The position numbers were made by a program, and so were the translations under genes. The notes beneath the pieces were generated by a model. That model was given only the letters and a program-made list of their open reading frames with translations. It had not been told where the DNA came from and did not search any database. Positions 10,969 to 21,452 of a stretch of 64,000 bases of DNA are shown piece after piece (position 1 is the first letter of the stretch; each line of letters opens with the position of its first letter). This stretch comes from an uncultured delta proteobacterium. GTDB taxonomy: Bacteria > Myxococcota_A > Polyangia > Polyangiales > Polyangiaceae. The DNA lies in assembly GCA_963841435.1 (NCBI GenBank), contig CAWJCS010000006.1, positions 128,001 through 192,000 of the forward strand, written 5' to 3'.

Positions 10969-12465
10969 TTAGCGCAGCAATTCGGCCGCCGCCCAGAGGA
11001 CGGGCGCTTGTCCGTGGCCGTCACCCGTGAGTCGGGTGAGCGCCATGTACTCCTGAGCGGTGGCCTTGTACCAGGTCCCGGTACAGATGCTGCTGACGTC
11101 GCCCTGCGGCGAGATCTTGGTCTGCAAGCCCGCCCATGCGGCCTGGATCGCCGGCACATAGGTCGGTGCATCGAGGATGCCGCGCCTGACTCCGGCGATC
11201 ATGGCGTAGGTGAACATGGCCGACCCCGAGCTCTCCTCCCAGTTGCTCGGGTCGTTCGGCATATCCAAGACTTGGTACCAGAGCCCGTTCGGCCCCTGAT
11301 ACGTCAGAAGCCCCGCCATCATCTTCTTGTACCCAGCTTCAATCGTCGCGTAGTCAGCCGAGCTCGTCGGGAGGTCTCGCATCATCTCGGCCATCCCCGA
11401 CGCGAACCAGCCGTTGCCGCGGCCCCAGTGAACCGGCGCCTGGGTCACGTTGTGGAAAAAGAGCCCGTTGGGCTGCTGCGCCTTGAGGTACTGCACCATC
11501 GTCTTGGACATGAAGTCCAGGTACTTGGTGTCCTTCGTCGCGCGATAGGCCTGGACCTGAAGACCCGTCATCATGAACATGTCGTCGATGGCGTCACGGG
11601 TCTGATTGGTGACCTGCTGATTGTCCGCTACCTGCGTCCCGAGCGGCAGGTAACTTGCGTCGCCGGTCTGGAGGTAGATCTCGAGCGGCACCATTCCGAA
11701 GATGTAACGATCGACGTGCGCATCGCCGCCGAGCATGGCACTGACGAAGCTTGCCTTGAGCGGATCGAACTTGGTCACCAGGGTGTTCAAGAGGGTCTGG
11801 TTGGCGGTCAGCTTCGCAACGCCGAGCGAGCCGTACCACTCACACGCCGTCTTGTAGCCGTCGCCGGGAAGGTTCGCGACGGTGCTGAACGAAAGCGCCT
11901 GCTTGCTGAAGCGCTGCGCCAAGAGCAGGCCTATCGTTTCGGCCGAGGGGACGAGGTCGGCAAGTGGATTCACCGCGGCGCCGCCTGCGCCGCCTGCGCC
12001 GCTTGCGCCGCTTGCGCCGCCTGCCGCCATGCCGCCCGCACCCGAGCTGTCGCCGCCCATACCTGCCCCTGCCATGGTACCGCCCGCGCCGCCGAGTCCC
12101 GCGCCGCCATCGCCGGCGCCGCCGCTTCCACCGACGGCACTCGTTCCACCGTCGCTCTGACCACCCGCACCCGCACCACCGCCTGGCACACCGCCCGCGC
12201 CGCCGGTTTGCACGGCTCCCCCCGCGCCACCAGCTTGCGCGCCCGCGCCGCCGCCCACAGGCGCCGTCCCTGCACTGCCGCCCGGCGCGGCTGCACCCGC
12301 GCCGGCGCTGCTACCGCCGGCTCCGCCGAGTCCCGCGCCCGAAGCTGAAGAGCCTGCCGCCGCCGCCGGCTCGTCGGGCTTTTCCTGGCCGCAGCCCAGG
12401 GGGAACGTCATCAAACCGAGGACGGAAAAGGGGACGACGAACCGGACAATCAGGCTGTGGCTCAT
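10969..12465 (-). CDS. GH105/GH88 unsaturated rhamnogalacturonyl hydrolase lipoprotein (start uncertain)
   Basis: IDDMFM, WGRGNGW, GLWYQVLD, EESSGSAMF motifs; lipobox PLGC. Confidence 0.9.
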   Translation of the reverse strand: MSHSLIVRFVVPFSVLGLMTFPLGCGQEKPDEPAAAAGSSASGAGLGGAGGSSAGAGAAAPGGSAGTAPVGGGAGAQAGGAGGAVQTGGAGGVPGGGAGAGGQSDGGTSAVGGSGGAGDGGAGLGGAGGTMAGAGMGGDSSGAGGMAAGGASGASGAGGAGGAAVNPLADLVPSAETIGLLLAQRFSKQALSFSTVANLPGDGYKTACEWYGSLGVAKLTANQTLLNTLVTKFDPLKASFVSAMLGGDAHVDRYIFGMVPLEIYLQTGDASYLPLGTQVADNQQVTNQTRDAIDDMFMMTGLQVQAYRATKDTKYLDFMSKTMVQYLKAQQPNGLFFHNVTQAPVHWGRGNGWFASGMAEMMRDLPTSSADYATIEAGYKKMMAGLLTYQGPNGLWYQVLDMPNDPSNWEESSGSAMFTYAMIAGVRRGILDAPTYVPAIQAAWAGLQTKISPQGDVSSICTGTWYKATAQEYMALTRLTGDGHGQAPVLWAAAELLR

Positions 12466-12939
12466 GTGGCGGCGGATGAAGCTTCCAACGCTCATATCGG
12501 TGAAACCTTTCAAGCTGGCCCTGCAGCGCTCGAGCTAAGACCGCGGCGAAGGCTCATTCCCGCAGGCGCCGCCCCTTGATCGCTTCGCGAGGGCGGGGCT
12601 GCTGCAACGGCACCTCCTCGCGGCGTCGCGCCGCTCCGTCGTACGTAAAAACACGGACTCCGAGACGCATCTCGCATTTCAGGCTCCGCGGCGGGCGCTC
12701 GGATCCACTCCGGCGCTCGTCGCCGAAGCTCTTCCGGGTTCCTTGGAATCTGGTGCTGGGAACGCAAGCAAAGGATCTTTGAACCGACTTCGGGAGTCGC
12801 AACCACCATGGCACCGGCGTACATTGCACGACAGCGCCCCACTCTGGGTACTAGCTCGCCCCCGCTTTCCCCGGGGGCGCCCCCTAGGCCCACGCGCGGC
12901 CATTGCTCAACGCCCTACGGGTTCGGAGGAATCAGCACC

Positions 12940-15006
12940 ATGTCGAATCGAAACGCGCCCGCTGTGGGGGTCGCGCTCGGGTTGTTGGCGTCGTGGATCG
13001 TGAGCTGCAACGGGAACGGACCGATCGAGGTCCCGCGCAGTCAGCTGGCATCGGCGGGCGGAGCAGGGGGAGCCGCGGCTGGGCAGACCATGACCGCTGG
13101 CGGCTCGGCCGGCGCGGGAGGATCGAGTGGCTCCGGCAGCCCGATCGCTGGCCAGCCCCCGGTGATCGTGATGACGGACGCCGGGCCGGACGATGCCTGC
13201 GATCCGCTCTCGTGCACGCCGCCGGGCGGACAGTACTGCGGGACCGTGGGCAACGGTTGTCTGGGCACCATGGAGTGTCCGGCGTGCACGGGAGACTGGG
13301 TCTGCGATGACGGCCTCTGCAAAGGCGGGCCGAGCTGCACGGCGCGCACGAGCTGTGCGGCGGGCGACACCGCGTATTGCGGCGTGGTCGGCGACGACTG
13401 CGGTGGCGCGCTCGACTGCGGAGACTGCGCGGCGCCTGCCACCTGCGGAGGCAGGGGCGCTCCCGGCGTGTGTGGCGACCCCGCGTGCGCTCCGATCTCG
13501 TGTGAGCTTCCGGTCGGAAAGTATTGTGGGATGGTGGGCGACGGCTGCGGCGGCGCGCTCGACTGTGGCGATTGCCCGGGCGGCGACGTGTGTGGCGGCG
13601 ACGGCATCTCGGGCGTGTGCCCCGGGAGCAGCATCGGCGTCGCGTGCACCGGCATCCAGTGCAACGTCGAACAGTGCGCTACCCCGGACGTGAAGACCAC
13701 CGTGAGCGGCGTCGTGTACGATCCCGCGGGGGTCAATCCGCTCTACAACGTGTGGGTCTACGTCCCGAACGAGCCGCTAGAGGACATCCCCACGGGCGCA
13801 ACCTGCGAGCGCTGCCTCGCGAACCTGACTGGCGCACCGATCGCGATCGCCCTCACCGATTCGTCGGGGCACTTCACTCTCGAGGGTGTTCCGACCGGGC
13901 AGAACATCCCGATCGTGATGCAGGTGGGGCGTTGGCGCCGCCAGGTGACGCTACCGGAGGTCGTGGGGTGCACCGACAACCCGGTGAACGACCCCGAGCT
14001 CATGCGCCTGCCGCGGAACCAGCAGGAGGGGCACATTCCGCTGATTGCGATCACGACGGGCAGGTCCGACGCCCTCGAGTGCATCATCCCGCGCATCGGC
14101 CTCGATCGCGAGGAGGTGACGACGGACACTGGTGGCGGTCGCGTGCACCTCTACGCCGGAGGCGGCACGACCATGGGGGGCAGGAGCGGTCCCGGGGCGA
14201 CCAGTATGACCCCCGGTGGCAACCTGACCCCGGCCACCGATCTCTGGGCGGACCCGATGAAGATGCGCGGGTACGACATCGTGATGTACTCGTGCGAGGG
14301 CGACGAGCTCGGGCAAGTCAAGGACCCCTACCTCGGGAACTTGCAAGACTACGCGGACAACGGTGGCCGCGCGTTTCTCACGCACTATCACTACTACTGG
14401 CTGAACCACGGCTCGCCCGCGTTCCAGGGCACGGCTGACTACAGCCCCGGCGGCCAGAACCCACCAGACCCGTCGATCGGCATCATCAATACCGGGTTTC
14501 CGAAGGGCGTGGCCCTGGCCGATTGGCTCGTTCTCGTCGGGGCGACGCCCACGCGCGGCGAGCTTTCGATCTACCAGCCCCGCGCGTCCATCAGGACGGC
14601 CACTGCGCCCACGCAGGACTGGATCTCCATTCCGACGAACCCGAGCGACATGGACAACCCCGCGCTCCAGTACATGACGTTCAACACGCCCGTGGGCACG
14701 CCGGCCGAGGACCAGTGCGGGCGCGTCGTCGATACCGACGTTCACATCGGCGCGGCGGTAGACGATGGCGGCACGATGCAGGGCGGCGACACGTCCGACC
14801 CGAACACGCCCTACCCGGGCGGCTGTCGGGACACGCCGATGTCGCCGCAAATCAAGGCCCTCGAGTTCATCTTCTTCGACCTGTCGAGCTGCGTTCAGCC
14901 CGACACGATGATGCCCGAGCCACCTCCTCCGCCGCCGGCCGCGGGCGCGCCACCCCCTCCGGTGCCGGTCCCGCCGCCGCCGCCCCCTCCGCCGCCTCCG
15001 CACTGA
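12940..15006 (+). CDS. Cys-rich lipoprotein with carboxypeptidase-regulatory-like domain and poly-Pro tail
   Basis: RBS GGAGGA at 12925; repeats CGxxGDxCGGxLDCGDC; VSGVVYDPAG..PLYNVWVYVP; LEFIFFDLSSC. Confidence 0.8.
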   Translation: MSNRNAPAVGVALGLLASWIVSCNGNGPIEVPRSQLASAGGAGGAAAGQTMTAGGSAGAGGSSGSGSPIAGQPPVIVMTDAGPDDACDPLSCTPPGGQYCGTVGNGCLGTMECPACTGDWVCDDGLCKGGPSCTARTSCAAGDTAYCGVVGDDCGGALDCGDCAAPATCGGRGAPGVCGDPACAPISCELPVGKYCGMVGDGCGGALDCGDCPGGDVCGGDGISGVCPGSSIGVACTGIQCNVEQCATPDVKTTVSGVVYDPAGVNPLYNVWVYVPNEPLEDIPTGATCERCLANLTGAPIAIALTDSSGHFTLEGVPTGQNIPIVMQVGRWRRQVTLPEVVGCTDNPVNDPELMRLPRNQQEGHIPLIAITTGRSDALECIIPRIGLDREEVTTDTGGGRVHLYAGGGTTMGGRSGPGATSMTPGGNLTPATDLWADPMKMRGYDIVMYSCEGDELGQVKDPYLGNLQDYADNGGRAFLTHYHYYWLNHGSPAFQGTADYSPGGQNPPDPSIGIINTGFPKGVALADWLVLVGATPTRGELSIYQPRASIRTATAPTQDWISIPTNPSDMDNPALQYMTFNTPVGTPAEDQCGRVVDTDVHIGAAVDDGGTMQGGDTSDPNTPYPGGCRDTPMSPQIKALEFIFFDLSSCVQPDTMMPEPPPPPPAAGAPPPPVPVPPPPPPPPPPH

Positions 15007-15169
15007 GCGCGCGGCGCCGGCGAAGACCGGTTTGGCAGGCGTCCGCCGTTTACGCTCGTCGCTTGCGACCGGCCGGCGCAGTCGCCCGAGCGCGTCTTGT
15101 CTCCCGAGGCGAGGCGCGGCATGCCGTGACTGAACGGCGGCTGCCCGCGCAACCAGAAAAGGGTCGTTC

Positions 15170-16705
15170 GTGCGCTACCCCCTCCGACTCGCTCCGTCCT
15201 TGCTCGTCGTCCTCGCCCTGGGCTGCGGCTCAGAAACGCCGTCGCGGTCGCCAGGCGGCGGTTCCGGCGACGGTGGCCAGGCAGGGACGGTGGCGGCCGG
15301 CGGCGCGGGTCTCGGCGGCACGGGCGGCGCCGACACGGGTGGTGCCGGCGCCGGTGGGGCGGGCGGCGCTTTCGCGGGTGTGAGCGGCGGCGGGGCGAGC
15401 GCCGGTGTGGGCGGCAGTCTCGCCGGGACGGGCGGCGAAGGCGCGGGAGCGGGTGCCGCCTCGGGCACGAGCGGCGCGGGCAACGGCGGCTCGGCCGATG
15501 GCGGCTCGAGCGCGGGAACCGCGCCCGGTGGCAATGGTGGTGACTCGGGCAGTGCCGGGGTAGCGCCGGGCGGCGCGGGAGCAGGTGGTGCGGGAGCAGG
15601 TGGTGGCGGCGGCGCGGGCGGTGGCGGTGTGGTGACGGGCTTGCCACCGAAGAGCGAGATCCTCGACGCGATGCGCCTCGCGAACGGCTACTTCATGAAC
15701 AAGTGGCCGGACCCCGGCAAGGACATCGTCACCGACCAGACGCGACCGAGCAACATCTGGACGCGGGCCGTGTACTACGAGGGCGTGATGGGTCTCTACG
15801 CCGTGGATCCCAATCAGAGCCTGCTCGATTACGCCGTGAGCTGGGGGGAGAGCCACAACTGGGGACTGCGCAGCGGGACGACCACGCGCAATGCAGACGA
15901 TCAGTGCGCGGGACAGACGTACATCGACCTTTATCGCATCGATGCCCAGCCGCAGCGCATCGCCGCCATCGCCGCGAGCCTCGATGCCATGGTGAACAGC
16001 TCGGGCGTCGCCGACTGGACGTGGATCGACGCCATCCAGATGTCGATGCCGGTTTTCGCGAAGCTCGGCGCGCTCCGTTCGGACTCGGCCTACTTCGACA
16101 AAGCCTACGCCCTTTACGAGTATGCCAAGACGTCGCAAGGCGCGAACGGACTCTATAGCGGCACCGATCACCTGTGGTGGCGCGACGGCGACTTCGACCC
16201 TCCCTACACCGAGCCGAACGGCAAGAGCTGCTACTGGTCGCGCGGCAACGGTTGGGTCTACGCGGCGCTCGTCCGGGTGCTGGATGCCATCCCCGCAACC
16301 GAGACCCATCGCAACGAATACCTTGGCGACTTTCGCGCGATGTCGGATGCGCTCCTCGCGGTGCAACGCACCGACGGCTTCTGGAACGTCAGCCTGTTCG
16401 ACCCGACGCATCTCGGCGGCAAGGAGCTGAGCGGCACGGCGCTCTTCACCTACGGCATGGCCTGGGGCGTGCGCCAGGGCATCCTGGACGCCGGGACTTT
16501 CGGACCGAGCATCGCGCTCGCCTGGAACGCGATGGTCAGCGACGCGCTGCACACGGACGGGAAGCTTGGCTACGTGCAGGGCACCGGCAAGCAACCGTCG
16601 GACGGCCAGCCCGTCACCTTCGACAGCACGCCGGATTTCGAAGACTACGGGCTCGGCTGCTTCCTTCTCGCCGGCAGCGAGAGCGCGAAGCTGGCCCCGC
16701 CCTGA
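15170..16705 (+). CDS. GH105/GH88 unsaturated rhamnogalacturonyl hydrolase lipoprotein
   Basis: NADDQC, WIDAIQM, LWWRD, WSRGNGW, ELSGTALF, DYGLGCFLLA; lipobox ALGC. Confidence 0.9.
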   Translation: MRYPLRLAPSLLVVLALGCGSETPSRSPGGGSGDGGQAGTVAAGGAGLGGTGGADTGGAGAGGAGGAFAGVSGGGASAGVGGSLAGTGGEGAGAGAASGTSGAGNGGSADGGSSAGTAPGGNGGDSGSAGVAPGGAGAGGAGAGGGGGAGGGGVVTGLPPKSEILDAMRLANGYFMNKWPDPGKDIVTDQTRPSNIWTRAVYYEGVMGLYAVDPNQSLLDYAVSWGESHNWGLRSGTTTRNADDQCAGQTYIDLYRIDAQPQRIAAIAASLDAMVNSSGVADWTWIDAIQMSMPVFAKLGALRSDSAYFDKAYALYEYAKTSQGANGLYSGTDHLWWRDGDFDPPYTEPNGKSCYWSRGNGWVYAALVRVLDAIPATETHRNEYLGDFRAMSDALLAVQRTDGFWNVSLFDPTHLGGKELSGTALFTYGMAWGVRQGILDAGTFGPSIALAWNAMVSDALHTDGKLGYVQGTGKQPSDGQPVTFDSTPDFEDYGLGCFLLAGSESAKLAPP

Positions 16706-16810
16706 TAGCGGGGCTGGCTCCGCATCCCGGGGCGCGCTCTCGGGACGCCAGGCAGGCTCCCCTGCGTGGAAAGTTGAGCGATCCCGAGCGCGGGGATTCA
16801 CTGACTTTCC

Positions 16811-18373
16811 ATGAGGCGCCGAGCTCCCGCTCGTTTCGTCGTCAGCGCGGCCCTCGTGCTGCCGCTTATCGTCGGCTGTTCCGGAACGGCGGACACTAAC
16901 CACCCCGGCGGAACGGTCGGCGGCAGCGGAGGCACCGCCGCCACCGGAGGCGTCTCCGCCACCGGCGGGTCCACACCAGGCGGGGCCGGAGCCACGGCCG
17001 CGACCGGCGGCACGAGCACGGGCGGTGTGAGCACGGGTGGCGCAAGCACGGGCGGCGCGAGCGGTGCCACGATGACGGGGGGCTCGGCCGGGACGTCGGG
17101 CGCAGGGGGCGGCATCGTCGCAGGTGCCGGTGGCGCGGATGCGGGAAGCGGCGGCACCGATCCAGGCGGGACGGCGGGGATGGGCGGAATGGCGGGCAGC
17201 ATGGGCGGCGCCGCGGGAGCGGGCGTCGCGGGGAGCTTCGTCGGCGGCGGCATGGGCGGCGCAACGATGGTGGAGCCGCTCGACTGCGGCGGGAATGGTA
17301 CCGCGGTCGAGAATCACGGGCCGCCGTCGAACCGGCTGAACTACGTCATCGTCGGCGACGGTTACAGCGCGTCGGATCTCATGCCGGGCGGTGCGCTCGA
17401 TCAGCACATCGAGGCCGCGATGACGAAGCGCTTCAGTGAGCCCGTCGGTCAGCCCTACCTCAGGTATCGAAATTTCATCAACATCTGCGTGCTCAGGATC
17501 CCCTCGAGCCCCATCTGCGGCTCGAGCGAGTTCGGTTGCTGCGGCGACGATCAGAGTAGGCTCGCGAACTGCAACACACAGTCCGTCAATAGCGCGATCA
17601 GCGCGAACCTACCGGCAAGCTTCGAGGTCGACTGGCGCGCGGTCGTGCTGAACGGCTCGAGCTGGTGGAACTCCGGCGGGACCACGATGATGTGGTCGGG
17701 CGGCAACGCCGACGCGGGGGGCGCGGCGCTCCACGAAGGCGGCCACGGCTTCAACTCCGTCTCCGACGAGTACGGCAACTGCGAGCAAAGCCGCGTTTCG
17801 CGTGAAGCGACCTACGGCGTCAACGTGAGCCTCAACGGTCAGTCGAGCGGGGACAAGTGGGACGGCTGGCTCGGGTACGACCAGAGCCCCGGTACGGGGA
17901 TGCAGGGTTTCTTCGCGTGCGACGGCAACGCAACCTGGCGGCCGAGCAGCAACTCGATGATGAACAGCCTGTTCGGCACCAACCCGAACACCTCCTACAA
18001 CCCCGTCACGCGCGAGAAGATCATCATGGACATCTGGCGCGTCGTGATGACCCCGTACGACTCGCTGACTCCACCGGCAGGCCCCGTAACGAACCCGACG
18101 GCACTCACCGTGAACGTCATCGATCCCGCCGTCATCAGCGTCGACTGGTCGCTCGACGGAAACGTCGTCGCCCAAGACGGCGGCCCCACCTACGACATCG
18201 GGGCCGCGAATCTCGCGCCGGGCATGCACACCGTGACGGCCCGCGCCTACGACAACGCCGGCCCGGATCTCGTCAAGCAGGTCCCTGGCACGACCTTCAA
18301 CCGCCAGTACTGGGGCTCGGGCGCGATGGGTCACTCGGACAAGACCGTGACCTGGACCGTCACGATCCAGTAG
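16811..18373 (+). CDS. M64-family (IgA peptidase-like) metallopeptidase lipoprotein
   Basis: RLNYVIVGDGY, PYLRYRNFIN, HEGGHGF...DEY zinc motif, WRPSSNSMM. Confidence 0.85.
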   Translation: MRRRAPARFVVSAALVLPLIVGCSGTADTNHPGGTVGGSGGTAATGGVSATGGSTPGGAGATAATGGTSTGGVSTGGASTGGASGATMTGGSAGTSGAGGGIVAGAGGADAGSGGTDPGGTAGMGGMAGSMGGAAGAGVAGSFVGGGMGGATMVEPLDCGGNGTAVENHGPPSNRLNYVIVGDGYSASDLMPGGALDQHIEAAMTKRFSEPVGQPYLRYRNFINICVLRIPSSPICGSSEFGCCGDDQSRLANCNTQSVNSAISANLPASFEVDWRAVVLNGSSWWNSGGTTMMWSGGNADAGGAALHEGGHGFNSVSDEYGNCEQSRVSREATYGVNVSLNGQSSGDKWDGWLGYDQSPGTGMQGFFACDGNATWRPSSNSMMNSLFGTNPNTSYNPVTREKIIMDIWRVVMTPYDSLTPPAGPVTNPTALTVNVIDPAVISVDWSLDGNVVAQDGGPTYDIGAANLAPGMHTVTARAYDNAGPDLVKQVPGTTFNRQYWGSGAMGHSDKTVTWTVTIQ

Positions 18374-18430
18374 GTAGGGTTCCTCGCCCTGAACCGCGCT
18401 CGCTGGGTTTTTGCCGTCGCTCTCGCCACC

Positions 18431-18967
18431 GTGGCAAGCGTTGGTCTTTGGGTCGTTCTCGCGACGGGTGACGATCGCGTTTCGCCGCACGAGCCGGCGA
18501 CGCGTGATGAGCCGCCCGTGCCGCTGCCAGAGCCCGCCGCGGCTCCGCCCCTCGCGAACGCTGCATGGCCCGCGCGCCCCGCGGCCCCGCCCCAAGCGTC
18601 GTCCGAGGCTCCGAACAGCTTCGTCGTGGTCGGTCCCAGGCCGGACGATCCGCACGAGCCCGGCATGGTGCCCCACCCGCTCGACGAAGCCCACGCGCGC
18701 ATCGACGCCGAGAACCGACTGATTCAGGCGTTGAACGACGCGATGTCGTTCCGCAAGGTCGAGGACATGCGCGAGATGCTCGACGAGTACCGGAAGCTCG
18801 AGCCGAGCGACCTCGACAAGAACCAGCTCGGCTACGAGGTGATCGCCGACTGCATCGAGTTTCCGGGCGAAGCGTCACTCGCCGCCGCGCACGACTTCTA
18901 CGACACCGAACGCCACTCGCCGCTACGGCGCTTCGTCCGCCGGATCTGCCTCGAGAACACCAACTGA
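18431..18967 (+). CDS. Hypothetical membrane-anchored protein (start uncertain)
   Basis: Hydrophobic N-terminus, Pro-rich linker, helical C-terminal domain; GC3-biased codons. Confidence 0.6.
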   Translation: MASVGLWVVLATGDDRVSPHEPATRDEPPVPLPEPAAAPPLANAAWPARPAAPPQASSEAPNSFVVVGPRPDDPHEPGMVPHPLDEAHARIDAENRLIQALNDAMSFRKVEDMREMLDEYRKLEPSDLDKNQLGYEVIADCIEFPGEASLAAAHDFYDTERHSPLRRFVRRICLENTN

Positions 18968-19038
18968 GCTCGGCGCTTCCCCCCCCCGAGCAACTCGACG
19001 GCCTGCCACGCGCCAGGTGACCGACTTTGCGTCGCTCT

Positions 19039-19887
19039 TTAGGCTCGCCGACGACGGATGAACGTGGCTCCCAAGAGCAGCGAGGCGGTCCAAAGCGCCA
19101 CGCCGTCCGCGGGGGCGGGGCTACCGATCGAGCAGCTCACCGTCTTGGATTTGCCGTCCCCGTTCGTATCGATGTGCGTGTCGATATCGACGCTCACGTC
19201 GAGGCTGATCGAAAGCTGAGCGGACAGATCGGCCGCGCAATCGTTCAGGTTCGTGGCATTCAAGAACTGTCCGTCGCAGAAGATGGCGCCGCCCTTGTCC
19301 GTACAGTCGGTGTGGCACTTTTCGTGAATCGTCGTCTGGCAGCTCTCCCACTGTGTGGTCTGACAGTCGACCTGGCAGGTCGTGTCCGACGTCGAAGTAC
19401 ACGTGCCATCGCAGGCGGTGACGCACTTGGGCTCGCACTCCACCTGTTGGTCGTCCTCGCTGCAGCGCTCCTCGCACTTGCGGTTGCAGGTATGAGGACA
19501 CGCGCGACGGCAGCACTCCGGGTTTCGTGCGTCCATGCACTTCACGTCGCAGTCCGCAAGGCAGCCGTCGCGACAGATCTCGGCCGAGCTTTCGGCGGAC
19601 GTCGCGCTGCAGTTTTCCACGCAAACGGGCGAGCAGCTTTCGGTGCATTCCGTGCTTGCCGTGGCGGTGCACTCCGTTTCGCAGGCCGTGTAGAGCGTGG
19701 CCGCGCAGGATTCGTCAACTGACACCACATCGCAGTGCTCCTCGCAATCCTGCGCCTTCCGAAACTCGCACGCTGCATCTCCCGACAGGAACACGCCGCC
19801 GCAGCTTTCCAGTGCCGCGTGCGCGGTGGATGGGGCCGCAAGCAGCACGAGGAAGGGGAGCGCGAGAAATGCTTTGGATCGCAGCAT
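19039..19887 (-). CDS. Cys-rich secreted protein with MYXO-CTERM-like sorting signal
   Basis: Signal peptide AHA, CxxxC repeats, C-terminal CSIGSP-hydrophobic helix-RRRRA. Confidence 0.8.
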   Translation of the reverse strand: MLRSKAFLALPFLVLLAAPSTAHAALESCGGVFLSGDAACEFRKAQDCEEHCDVVSVDESCAATLYTACETECTATASTECTESCSPVCVENCSATSAESSAEICRDGCLADCDVKCMDARNPECCRRACPHTCNRKCEERCSEDDQQVECEPKCVTACDGTCTSTSDTTCQVDCQTTQWESCQTTIHEKCHTDCTDKGGAIFCDGQFLNATNLNDCAADLSAQLSISLDVSVDIDTHIDTNGDGKSKTVSCSIGSPAPADGVALWTASLLLGATFIRRRRA

Positions 19888-19946
19888 GAGGAGTTCCTTT
19901 GCGAGACGTTTCGACGCGCGATGTGGCGGGCCGCCTGCAGCGTCCA

Positions 19947-19962
19947 AGCAACATGCGGACCA
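19947..19962 (-). promoter_or_regulatory. Putative sigma-54 promoter for the Cys-rich gene
   Basis: TGGTCCGCATGTTGCT (GG-N10-GC), about 60 nt upstream of the ATG. Confidence 0.5.
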
Positions 19963-20177
19963 GAACGCACGTACGGCTTCCACCCCGAGAGCCGCCGCGA
20001 CTTGCCGCGCCAGCCAGCCTCACCGTTCAAAGCGAACGAGTGGCTCCATCACTTTGACGGGTTCCGGCCGTTCGATCCCCGCGGACGTCGTACGCCCGCC
20101 GGGCTGCGGGCGCCCGAGCCCTTGCCGATCGTCCGGCCGCGCGCGCCTCCATGTCCGCGCGTCGATCCGAGCGGCCG

Positions 20178-20193
20178 CGGCACGGAAGTTGCT
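20178..20193 (+). promoter_or_regulatory. Putative sigma-54 promoter for the ice-binding-like gene
   Basis: CGGCACGGAAGTTGCT, close to the consensus TGGCACG-N4-TTGCW. Confidence 0.6.
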
Positions 20194-20353
20194 TCGTTGG
20201 GGGTGATGGACAAGTCACGTCGGGCGCGTCGTGCCGCCGAGCACGCAAGCTCGATGACTTGAATCGAGAGCGGCTCTGTCGCTCGCGCACGAGGTCGCGA
20301 GATGAAACATGGCCGTCGCTCATGATGCGGGCGCGCTCGCAGAGAGAGACACG

Positions 20354-21370
20354 ATGACCACGTTTGGATCCGATGCACTTATACCCGGAGCGGCTTTGCT
20401 GCTCTTCGGGGCGATCGTCGGCGGGTGCGGAGAGTCGGGGGACGAGTCGAGTCGAACCCGGGTCCGGGGGAACGGGCGCCAGCTTGGGTGGAAGCTCGGG
20501 AGTCGGTGGCTCCGTGGGGGGCGCGTCTGGAAGGGGTGGCTCGAGCGCGGGCACGAGCACGAGCACGGGTGGATCGGGCGGCAAGGCGGGAAGCGCTACA
20601 GGCGGCACATCGAGCGGCGGCGACGTGGGCGCTGGCGGTGACGCGGGTGCTGGCGGTGACGCGGATGCCGGTGGCGACGCGGGTGCGGGCGGCGACCCGG
20701 CGCCTCGAACGATGGCCGTGGACCTCGGGTCCGCCGAAGAGTTTGCGATCATGGCGAAGAGCGGGATCTCCACGGTGCCGACGTCCGCGGTCACGGGAAA
20801 CATCGCCGTCAGCCCGGCCGCGGCGAGCTACATCACGGGATTTTCACTCATCGCCGACGCAACGAACGCCTTTTCGAGATCATCGCAGGTCACGGGAAGA
20901 GTGTACGCGGCCGACTACGCGGCGCCCACGCCATCCGACCTGACGGTAGCCGTCGGTGACATGGAGCTTGCGTTCACGGACGCTGCTGGACGCGCTCCCG
21001 ACGTGACGGAGCTCGGTGCCGGAGACATCGGCGGCAAGACCGTCACCCCGGGTGTCTACAAGTGGGGCACGGGGCTGCTCATCCCAGCGGACCTGACATT
21101 GTCCGGTGACGCGCGCGCCGTATGGATTTTCAGGTGGCCCAAGACCTGACCGTGAGTAGCGCCGTCAAGGTGGTCCTCGAAGGAGGCGCGCTCCCAGAGA
21201 ACGTCTTCTGGCAAGTGAGCGGCCACGTCGAGCTCGGTACCACCGTGCATTTCGAGGGCATCGTGCTTTCCCAAACTTCGATCACGCTCGCCACCGGAGC
21301 ATCGATCAATGGTCGGCTTTTCGCCCAGACCGCGGTCAGCCTGGACGAGGGCACCTTGACCGAGCCCTGA
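20354..21370 (+). CDS. DUF3494 ice-binding-family lipoprotein (apparent frameshifts near 20460 and 21131)
   Basis: VDLGSAEEFAIMAKSGIS, VTGNIAVSPAA, AFTDAAGR, TPGVYKW, VWIF/QVA, NVFWQV, INGRLFAQTAVSL; lipobox VGGC. Confidence 0.85.
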
Positions 21371-21452
21371 CTGAGCGTGGCGAGCTCGACCAGGATGCGA
21401 AAAGAATGACGCTCGCGAATCGCTCTGCGCACTCGCTGCCTCGGGCGCGCGG

